The notes beneath the pieces were generated by a model that made no database searches, was not told where the DNA came from, and saw only the letters and a program-made list of their open reading frames with translations. A program made the translations under genes and the position numbers. Below, in pieces: positions 19,017-27,575 of a stretch of DNA of 41,519 nt. The DNA is from Candidatus Berkelbacteria bacterium CG10_big_fil_rev_8_21_14_0_10_43_13 (GTDB lineage: Bacteria; Patescibacteriota; UBA1384; XYA2-FULL-43-10; 1-14-0-10-43-13): the NCBI GenBank assembly GCA_002773985.1, contig PEZW01000028.1, forward strand, positions 1 through 41,519. The letters run 5' to 3'. Each line of letters starts with the position of its first letter. Position 1 is the stretch's first letter.

Positions 19017-19198
19017 ATGGAGAACTCGAATCCTTGTCAATCTAATATTTTTCTGCTACTATAAACACACAAATTAATTAACTTTCTTCCATCGAGAAGA
19101 ACCGATGCTCGAACTAAACTGAGCGTCCTTCGACTCCTTCGCCTGCCATGAGCGCAGTCGAATGGCTCAGGATACCTTCGGTACCAAAAGGAGAATTT

Positions 19199-19933
19199 AT
19201 GCGAAAGTACGAAATTACGTACCTTGTTTCTGATCTTGTGCGTGAAAACGATTTGAACAAAGTGACCGGCGCGGTTGCTGGTTTTGTGACTGAGCTTGGC
19301 GGCAAAGTAGAAAAAGAAGAGATCTGGGGACGACGCAAACTCGCCTACCCGATCAAGAAGGCTGACTTCGCTACTTACGTCACGCTCAATTTCGAAATGC
19401 CGAGCGAAAAGTGTCCTGTGTTTGAACGCGATTTGCGTCAAAATACTTCTATCATTCGCCATTTGGTAATCGTCAAAGAACATGGTCATGAGAAGATTTC
19501 ACTTTCCAAGGCGGAGATTGCCGAGTCTGGTGATATAGAAGAAGTTGTTGGCGGTGAGAAATCGTTTGAAGCCATCGAAGGACAGACAGAGGAAAGTCGC
19601 AGTTTGATGGCCAAGCGTGAGGCTGGCGAAGACGAGGCTGAGGAAGAAACCGAGACAAAGTCTGAAACAGAGAAAGAAGAACCCAAGGGAGTTGAGGCAG
19701 AAACAGAAGAGCCTGAAATCAGGGAAGAAAAGGAAGAGGAAAAGCCAGTCGAGAAAAAGAAACCAGCGGCAAAACCAAAGAAGACAGTAACCGAAAAACC
19801 CACTACAGAAAAAGTTGTCGAGGAAAAGCCAAAAGCAGCCAAAGTAAAGAAGGAAAAGAAGACCGAGGATGAAGCTGATCGTTTGTCAAAACTAAACGAT
19901 GAGCTCGACGACATCCTCAAAGATGAGTTATAA
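19199..19933 (+). CDS. rpsF: 30S ribosomal protein S6 with long charged C-terminal tail
   Basis: MRKYEITYL, WGRRKLAYPIKK, IIRHLVI; AAGGAG RBS; rpsF-ssb-rpsR order. Confidence 0.95.
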   Translation: MRKYEITYLVSDLVRENDLNKVTGAVAGFVTELGGKVEKEEIWGRRKLAYPIKKADFATYVTLNFEMPSEKCPVFERDLRQNTSIIRHLVIVKEHGHEKISLSKAEIAESGDIEEVVGGEKSFEAIEGQTEESRSLMAKREAGEDEAEEETETKSETEKEEPKGVEAETEEPEIREEKEEEKPVEKKKPAAKPKKTVTEKPTTEKVVEEKPKAAKVKKEKKTEDEADRLSKLNDELDDILKDEL

Positions 19934-19939
19934 GGATAA

Positions 19940-20070
19940 TGTTCAAATTAAGAATTACTAATGTCACAAATCAATACCCAAAAACCAATGCTTCAATGAT
20001 TTGTTTTGACATTTAGAAATTAGTGAATTAGGATTTGATTAGAAATTAGAAATTAGAAATTCGAATTTCC
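19940..20070. repeat. Degenerate heptamer array plus inverse AGAAATT array
   Basis: ...ggatttgatt agaaatt agaaatt agaaatt cgaattt; its reverse complement resembles 7780-7815 and 39030-39080. Confidence 0.7.
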
Positions 20071-20087
20071 TTTCGAAGAAAGGTCCT

Positions 20088-20558
20088 ATGTTAAACTTAA
20101 ACCGTGCTCAAGTACTGGGTAATTTGACCAAGGATCCGGATATGCGATTCACCCCAAACGGTCAGGCCGTTGCCAACTTTAGTGTCGCGACAAATCGGAA
20201 ATGGAAAGGCCGAGATGGCGCGCCCGACGGTGAAGCGACTGAGTATCATGACATCGTCGTCTGGGGCAAACAAGCTGAAGCTGTCGTGCCGATGATGAAA
20301 AAAGGCGGACCTGTTCTTGTCGAGGGCAGACTGCAGACCAGAAACTGGGAAGGTCAAGACGGCGTCAAGCGTTACAAGACAGAGATCATCGCTGACAACA
20401 TAATCGTCCTTGGCAGTCGCAGTGGTGGCAGTGGAAATTACACACCCAAATCTGAGGGCAGTGGAACGACCGACCCGTCCGACCAGAGTGAGGCGAAGAC
20501 GAACACCCCAGATAAAAACAGTGATGAAGAAATCGATATAGAAGAAATACCCTTTTAA
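20088..20558 (+). CDS. ssb: Single-stranded DNA-binding protein
   Basis: LNRAQVLGNLTKDP..RFTPNG, VEGRLQTRNW, acidic EEIPF terminus. Confidence 0.98.
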   Translation: MLNLNRAQVLGNLTKDPDMRFTPNGQAVANFSVATNRKWKGRDGAPDGEATEYHDIVVWGKQAEAVVPMMKKGGPVLVEGRLQTRNWEGQDGVKRYKTEIIADNIIVLGSRSGGSGNYTPKSEGSGTTDPSDQSEAKTNTPDKNSDEEIDIEEIPF

Positions 20559-20561
20559 CCA

Positions 20562-20657
20562 CGAAAATACGAACGAATACAAAAATACAAACAGACTGTT
20601 GTGGTCTGTAGTCTAAGTTATTTTTCTCTTCGTATTTTCGTATAATTTGTATTTTCG
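20562..20657. repeat. CGAAAATA-type octamer array plus inverse array
   Basis: cgaaaatacgaa ... ttcgtattttcg. Confidence 0.7.
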
Positions 20658-20676
20658 CAATTAATTAGGAGACTTT

Positions 20677-20886
20677 ATGGCTCGAAGAAGTAGATGTTTA
20701 ATTTGTAAGGCCAAAATGGCCGAAGTTGATTACAAAGATGTGACGACAATCGGTCGTTATCTTGACCGTTGGAACAAAATTTCCCCGGCCAGCCGCAACA
20801 ACAATTGCAGCCGTCATCAACGCCAGACCGAAACTGCCATCAAAAGGGCGAGATTTTTGGGATTGCTGCCGTTTACTGTACGATAA
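20677..20886 (+). CDS. rpsR: 30S ribosomal protein S18 (zinc-ligand type)
   Basis: CLIC, VDYKD, CSRHQR, AIKRARFLGLLPF. Confidence 0.96.
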   Translation: MARRSRCLICKAKMAEVDYKDVTTIGRYLDRWNKISPASRNNNCSRHQRQTETAIKRARFLGLLPFTVR

Positions 20887-20897
20887 AAATAAAGGAT

Positions 20898-20986
20898 TAT
20901 TCGAACACGGATTCTTTTACACAGATCAACACAGATAATGTCGAGTGATCCGTGAATATCCGTGTGACAAAATCCGTGTTGGAATA
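20898..20986. repeat. CACRGAT/ATCCGTG palindromic element, copy 1
   Basis: Three CACRGAT units then three ATCCGTG units. Confidence 0.88.
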
Positions 20987-20992
20987 TACATT

Positions 20993-21553
20993 ATGTTGAG
21001 TATAACCAATCTCAAAACCGGCACCAAAATCACTTACGAGGGTGATCCTTGTATCGTTTTGTCGTATTATCATTCCAAAATGGGACGTGGCGGAGCTGTC
21101 GTCAAGACAAAGCTGAAAAATCTCCGCACCGGCTCGACTATCGATAAGACTTTCCAGGGTGCTGACAAGCTTGACGAAGCGGATCTGTCGAAAAAAACAG
21201 CAACTTATCTCTATTCCGACAACGAAGATGTCAACTTTATGGACTCGGAAACTTTCGACCAATTTTCTCTACCACTATCCAAGATTGGCGATGAAAAAAA
21301 ATATCTGATCGAAAACGCACCGATCGACATTCTCTATTTTGGCGACGAAGCACTCAACATCGAGATACCACTAAAAATGACTTTCAAGGTCATCTCCGCA
21401 CCGCCCGCCATCAAGGGCAATACCGCCGGCGCCGTGACCAAAAAAGTTGAGATTGAAACTGGCGCCTTTATCGACTCTCCTGTTTTTATCAAAGAAGGCG
21501 ACAAGATTGTCGTCGATACCCGAGACGGCAGCTATGTCGAACGAGCACAGTAA
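20993..21553 (+). CDS. efp: Elongation factor P
   Basis: HSKMGRGGAVVKTKLKNL.TG, FMDSETFDQ, P.FIKEGD.I.VDTRDGSYVER. Confidence 0.97.
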   Translation: MLSITNLKTGTKITYEGDPCIVLSYYHSKMGRGGAVVKTKLKNLRTGSTIDKTFQGADKLDEADLSKKTATYLYSDNEDVNFMDSETFDQFSLPLSKIGDEKKYLIENAPIDILYFGDEALNIEIPLKMTFKVISAPPAIKGNTAGAVTKKVEIETGAFIDSPVFIKEGDKIVVDTRDGSYVERAQ

Positions 21554-21560
21554 AGGGTTG

Positions 21561-21704
21561 TTCCAGCACGGATCTTGTCACACAGATACACACTGATTAT
21601 TCTTCGAGCAAGCGAAGCGATTCGAGAAGTCTCTATTAGTTCTCGACAAGCTCGAACAATAATTTATATCCGTGAATATCCGTGTAAAGAGATCCGTGTT
21701 AGAA
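21561..21704. repeat. CACRGAT/ATCCGTG element, copy 2, with nested TTCGAG/CTCGAA element
   Basis: Same arms as copy 1; internal ttcgagc...tcgagaa...ttctcga...gctcgaa (about 21604-21657). Confidence 0.85.
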
Positions 21705-21711
21705 TAAACTT

Positions 21712-22221
21712 ATGTTAATTCTCTACTCAAAACTAATCGGGGCACCTATTGCCGAGATAAAGGAAGCAGCCAAGCTCGGCAGTATCACTGATTTTGTCAT
21801 AAATAATGATGATTTGACCATCGCTGCCGCAGTCGTCGAGATCGGACTACCACTGATCTCAAAGAAAAAAATTGTCTCTGCAACTGATTTTGTCAGAATT
21901 TTCAAAGATGGCATCATAGTTAGTAGTGACGACGCTATCGTCGAACTTGACGAGATCGTCAGAGTCGCCAAACTCTACGAGCAAAAATGTCATGGTCTGG
22001 CCCAAAAAGTCGTAACCAAATCAGGTCAATATATCGGCCATGTTTATGATTATCTGATCAATTCCAACACTGGCGCTATCCAAAAGTTTTATGTCAAAAA
22101 AATGTTTACCGACCGCATCATCCCCGCCTCCGCCGTCATCAGTATGGAGGGAAAATTAATCACGATCAAAGATGACAAACCGTATGTTTTCGTTCCAACC
22201 GTTGAAACAGCACTAGACTAA
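21712..22221 (+). CDS. PRC-barrel domain protein
   Basis: Two repeats: LIG.PI...LG.ITDFVIN and KVVTKSG..IG.V.DYLINS.TG.I. Confidence 0.8.
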   Translation: MLILYSKLIGAPIAEIKEAAKLGSITDFVINNDDLTIAAAVVEIGLPLISKKKIVSATDFVRIFKDGIIVSSDDAIVELDEIVRVAKLYEQKCHGLAQKVVTKSGQYIGHVYDYLINSNTGAIQKFYVKKMFTDRIIPASAVISMEGKLITIKDDKPYVFVPTVETALD

Positions 22222-22297
22222 AAAAATCCTCTTGTTTTTTGTCCGTTTGTTTTTTGTCCGTCATCCCGGACTGTAAGCTTGAGATCCGGGATCTTTA

Positions 22298-22343
22298 AAT
22301 ACATCAACAATTTCAAGCGATCGTTTGAAATTGTTGATGTATT
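22298..22343. repeat. 46-bp palindrome centred on GCGATCGT (one mismatch)
   Basis: aatacatcaacaatttcaa-gcgatcgt-ttgaaattgttgatgtatt; a GTCA-type half element lies adjacent at 22260-22294. Confidence 0.93.
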
Positions 22344-22476
22344 AGAATCAATAATCTCAGATTTAGTTCAGCTGCCTCTTAGCTCAAGAATTTGAGATAA
22401 AAGGGGCGTGCGGAAACTTGGGTTGTCTCCGCCGGATTGCCCTCCTGATTCTCGCTCTGGCCGTTTCGCTGCTGGA

Positions 22477-22758
22477 TCACCGCCATCTGAACAGTTGACA
22501 GATCTGTTGCCAGAGTGACGGTTTGAAGACACGGATGTGCCCGCAGTTTTCTTTGTCCTCCAGAATGACAATCATCTGACCACAGCGCAGCGGGTGTTGA
22601 CGACAGATCGCCATGATCTCCGGAAGCGTACGCGCCTCTCCGATTGTCACAGCTCCCTCGAGCTGCTGTTCTGGGGCGTATGCATTCTCATAGACCTGCC
22701 TAGAGACCACGACTGCCTCGCACGATACCATAATCTTCTCCCCAAACCTAACGGTCAC
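22477..22758 (-). CDS. Hypothetical protein (93 aa, GC-rich cassette)
   Basis: GGAGGTG RBS before the GTG; followed by a GC hairpin at 22402-22445. Confidence 0.65.
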   Translation of the reverse strand: MTVRFGEKIMVSCEAVVVSRQVYENAYAPEQQLEGAVTIGEARTLPEIMAICRQHPLRCGQMIVILEDKENCGHIRVFKPSLWQQICQLFRWR

Positions 22759-22864
22759 GGTCGGTTTTCACCTCCGCATCGTTGGACATTCTAATAAATA
22801 CAGTAATTTGGCGCTTTTGTAAAGGAATAAATGGCATTCTGTGTGTAAAATACAAATATACAAC

Positions 22865-22899
22865 AAAAAAATCCCCCTGATTTCTCAAGAGGATTTTTT
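22865..22899. terminator. Intrinsic terminator downstream of groEL
   Basis: aaaaaaatcc...ggatttttt hairpin with A/T runs on both sides. Confidence 0.65.
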
Positions 22900-22919
22900 C
22901 GTCATTAACTTAGTTTAGT

Positions 22920-23033
22920 TGTCATCCCCGCGCAGGTCTTCGATTGTACTCAGACTGTGAGCAACAGTCGAACAGCGGGGATCCATTCCTTAATGTTTGT
23001 GCTACCTGGATTCCCGTCTTCACGGGAATGACA
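22920..23033. repeat. GTCA-type palindromic doublet with nested TTCGA element
   Basis: tgtcatccccgc...gcggggatcca ... tggattcccgtcttcacgggaatgaca. Confidence 0.88.
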
Positions 23034-23041
23034 GTTGTGCA

Positions 23042-24795
<1,754 letters not shown>

Positions 24796-24805
24796 ACCAT
24801 CCTTT

Positions 24806-25084
24806 TTATAAGATCCCGAGGATCTCTTCTTCCTTCATAATCTTGTATTCGACATTATCTATTTTGATCTCGTCGCCGGAATACTTCGAATAAAGAACTT
24901 TGTCCCCTAGCTTGACGGAAAATTCATGTTTCTTGCCGTCTTTTATCTTGCCATTGCCGAGAGCAACTATCTTGCCCTGAGCTGGTGCTTCCTTGGCGGT
25001 GTCTGGGATGATGATGCCGCCTTTTGTCTTGGCTTCAGCTTCGAGTGGCTTGACTAAAACGCGGTCAGCAAGAGGTTTAATCAT
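24806..25084 (-). CDS. groS: Co-chaperonin GroES
   Basis: IKPLADRVLV, TKGGIIIPDTAKE, GDKVLYSKYSG. Confidence 0.99.
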   Translation of the reverse strand: MIKPLADRVLVKPLEAEAKTKGGIIIPDTAKEAPAQGKIVALGNGKIKDGKKHEFSVKLGDKVLYSKYSGDEIKIDNVEYKIMKEEEILGIL

Positions 25085-25168
25085 TTTTCTCCTTATTAAC
25101 TTAAAAAATGGCTACTAATAATAAATATCAATTAGAACAAAAAATGTCAAGTCTACTTTACAATTTGT

Positions 25169-25232
25169 CTACAAATTACAAATTTAAATACTAATTTACA
25201 AATAATTTGTATGTTTGTAATTGATTTGTAAT
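25169..25232. repeat. TTACAAAT-type array plus inverse array
   Basis: acaaattacaaat...ttacaaat / atttgtatgtttgtaattgatttgtaa. Confidence 0.65.
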
Positions 25233-25254
25233 ATGCAGAATTTTGGCAATTAAT

Positions 25255-25298
25255 AAAAAATGCGGCAACAATCCAAGGGGGAAAGATCGCTACCGCAG
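25255..25298 (-). ncRNA. Candidate ~45-nt hairpin small RNA or attenuator
   Basis: TTGACT-18-TATATT (25303-25332) immediately followed by a 13-bp stem with three G-U pairs, a UUUCCCCCUUG loop and U6. Confidence 0.45.
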
Positions 25299-25430
25299 AC
25301 ACAATATACTTGATTTCAGTCTCTGAAGTCAAGCGTAAAATAGACTAGAAATTTTTAATGTCTTTATTTTTTAGCATTATTTTGTTATTCTTCAGCATGT
25401 TTCGACGGGAGAAAGGAAGATCAAATCCCC

Positions 25431-26042
25431 ATGAAACCAATCACTCGTGCTTACATCGATGTCGATAGCAAGAAGGGCTTGGCCCCATTCTCTCGGCACC
25501 TTGTCAAGCACGGTATCAAGATCATCTGCCCGCAGACGATGGTCTCAGAGTTTGGCAGCCGTGGTGTTCAAGTCACTGCTGTCAAAATGGTGTACTCCTC
25601 ACCATTGCTCCAGACAACCAATGGCAAGCGCAGCCCGTGTCAGAGCGCGCTACAAGGAGAAAAACCGAACAGGCTGTTCTCCGTCGACGAGATGTTCTGC
25701 TTCAACGTTGGCGGGGTTGAGCAGATCGGCCTCGTCGTCGTCAACCTGCCGCTGCCCTGCAAGGTGTCACGACCCCAACTCGGTGATCAAAGCACTGAGG
25801 TTGAACGCACTCGGCTCGCTCTGTTGACAGCGGCGACCTACGAATCCGGCGTCATCGTCATCTACGACCCGTTCCAGTATCGATCTTTCGTGAAGAAACT
25901 GGAGTGGCGTGGACTCGATCATCAGGCCGATGCCGCTTACCTGTGTGAGCTGCGACAAAGTGCCTTGGGCTTTCTCGCCGCTTTCACTGCACAGCGCGCC
26001 CAGGCCTGTGCCGCAGCCACCGAGACCAGCGACGATGAATGA
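25431..26042 (+). CDS. Degenerate PurH N-terminal (IMP cyclohydrolase/MGS-like) domain protein
   Basis: ITRAYIDVDSKKGL..F...LVKHGIKII, IGLVVVNL and GVIVIYDP.QY align by eye to the PurH N-domain; conserved active-site motifs absent. Confidence 0.72.
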   Translation: MKPITRAYIDVDSKKGLAPFSRHLVKHGIKIICPQTMVSEFGSRGVQVTAVKMVYSSPLLQTTNGKRSPCQSALQGEKPNRLFSVDEMFCFNVGGVEQIGLVVVNLPLPCKVSRPQLGDQSTEVERTRLALLTAATYESGVIVIYDPFQYRSFVKKLEWRGLDHQADAAYLCELRQSALGFLAAFTAQRAQACAAATETSDDE

Positions 26043-26249
26043 AATCGCGTCGCTACACTCCCCGCAGCCACCCTGAGCAATGTGTTCCAAAAAAAATACA
26101 GAGTTCTCGGTGGCTGCACAGCCCCCAAAATAATTTGCAAAAAAATATTTAGAAGCCAGCATTTAACAGTACTGGTCTTTCTTTTTTTGTCTGATTATGG
26201 TATGGTCGGCTCAACCTCAAGCACTGAACTTGAGACCAGGAGACAGACC

Positions 26250-26873
26250 ATTCTACAGATTCATCGGGCACTACTCTGCCCGCGTGCATTCAACAATCTC
26301 GGCGGATTGACAAGAGGGTTGCTTGATCTCGGTGTTAGGACAGACACAACAAGCGAGATCATCAGCGCCTTGAGTTTCAATTGCATTGAAGATGAACTTC
26401 TCACTGATGTCATCACGCTTCCGGGCATTGGTGGCTGTTACCGCTCCGCGGCCTGGTGCATCCACCCTCGCATCATCGGGGCGATTGCCGCTGCGACACC
26501 TGAAGATGTGACGCGCGCAGACTTCTGCAAGACCATCGGTGTCCAGCCGATCGACCTCGTCATCGTCAACTTCATCGACCCCGAAGTGACGGAAGAAACG
26601 ACGGCTGAGGAAGCGGCGATGATGATCGACGTCATGCGCTACGCCCTGCTTGTCGCGGCGATGAACCCCGAAGTTGCCGTGCTGACTAAGCCGAATGACT
26701 ACGACGAGTTCCTCACTGAACTCCGAAAGCACAACGGCTCGATCAGCCAGGAGTACCTCGACGACCTCAATGCTCTGGCTTGTGACACGCTGATGATTCT
26801 CAACCATGATCTCTTCACGCTGACACAGCCGATCCACGCCGGCACCCACGCCCAGTCGGCACCGACCCCCTGA
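26250..26873 (+). CDS. Second degenerate PurH N-terminal domain protein (start uncertain: ATT 26250 or ATG 26202)
   Basis: IHRALL, IHPRIIGAI, GVQPIDLVIVNF, TAEEAAMMID, VAVLTKPNDYDEFL.EL...G.IS match the PurH N-domain pattern. Confidence 0.78.
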   Translation: MLQIHRALLCPRAFNNLGGLTRGLLDLGVRTDTTSEIISALSFNCIEDELLTDVITLPGIGGCYRSAAWCIHPRIIGAIAAATPEDVTRADFCKTIGVQPIDLVIVNFIDPEVTEETTAEEAAMMIDVMRYALLVAAMNPEVAVLTKPNDYDEFLTELRKHNGSISQEYLDDLNALACDTLMILNHDLFTLTQPIHAGTHAQSAPTP

Positions 26874-26970
26874 TGTTTCCCCATCCCGCCATCACCCGAG
26901 ACTATTGCCTTGTGCGATCCTGTCTCGGGTGGTGGCCCCTGCCCCAAAAATCTCCACAGATTTTCGAAAT

Positions 26971-26999
26971 TTGCAAAAAAATATTGTTTCTAGTATATT
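26971..26999 (+). promoter_or_regulatory. Sigma70-type promoter for the four-helix-bundle gene/pyrG
   Basis: TTGCAA-17 nt-TATATT. Confidence 0.6.
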
Positions 27000-27043
27000 G
27001 GAATAAATACAACATAGTATCCTCAAAAAAAACTCCACGAGCG

Positions 27044-27147
27044 CCAGCGAGTAAGCTAGTCAGCTTATCAGCCGGTCAGTAAAACTAGAAGGAGTTTTTT
27101 GCATGTTATACAGCTGGTCAGCTTATCAGCCGGTCAGTTAGTCAGTT
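27044..27147. repeat. NNNTCAGC octamer arrays 5' of the four-helix-bundle gene
   Basis: tagtcagc ttatcagc cggtcagt; 22-bp direct repeat at 27059-27080 and 27117-27138. Confidence 0.9.
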
Positions 27148-27156
27148 GGGAGGAAA

Positions 27157-27522
27157 ATGGCAAAGATTAACAGCTTCACAGAAATCGTTGCTTGGCAAAA
27201 AGCACATGAGTTAGTGCTTGCAATTTATTCTCTGACAAAGGATTTTCCAAAAGAAGAGATGTTCTGTCTAGCAAGCCAGGTACGTCGCGCTGTCGTCTCA
27301 ATTGCTGCAAACATCGCCGAAGGATTCAGACGAAAAAGCTACAAAGATAGTGACCATTTTTATACAATTTCCGCAGGATCACTGGAAGAAGTAAAATACT
27401 ATCTCGTTCTCTCTCGTGATTTGAGCTATATCACAGAGGCTGAGTATTTAAAATATTTTGATTTAGCAGAAGAAGTTAGCAAAACTCTGAGCGGATGGAA
27501 AAATTCGCAAAATAAATATTAA
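27157..27522 (+). CDS. Four-helix-bundle protein (23S rRNA intervening-sequence protein family, TIGR02436-like)
   Basis: F.EIVAWQKA..L...IY..TK.FPKEE.F.LASQVRRA.VSI.ANIAEG, I..GSL.E. Confidence 0.93.
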   Translation: MAKINSFTEIVAWQKAHELVLAIYSLTKDFPKEEMFCLASQVRRAVVSIAANIAEGFRRKSYKDSDHFYTISAGSLEEVKYYLVLSRDLSYITEAEYLKYFDLAEEVSKTLSGWKNSQNKY

Positions 27523-27523
27523 T

Positions 27524-27568
27524 ACTGGTTAGCTGATAGGCTGAAAGGCTGACGGGCTGACAAGCTGG
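27524..27568. repeat. Inverse GCTGANNN octamer array 3' of the four-helix-bundle gene
   Basis: actggtta gctgatag gctgaaag gctgacgg gctgacaa gctgg. Confidence 0.9.
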
Positions 27569-27575
27569 AGATAAA

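Noticed and set aside
25085-25160. CIRCE operator upstream of groES
   Set aside because: No TTAGCACTC-N9-GAGTGCTAA match; only a TTGACA-17-TATTTA promoter-like sequence.
26271-26849. 192-aa antisense ORF (and similar antisense ORFs over rpsF, ssb, groEL, hppA)
   Set aside because: Antisense shadows of well-supported genes; no recognisable motifs.
27157-27522. Diversity-generating retroelement (Avd-like gene)
   Set aside because: No reverse transcriptase, and no template/variable repeat pair differing at adenines was seen in the window.
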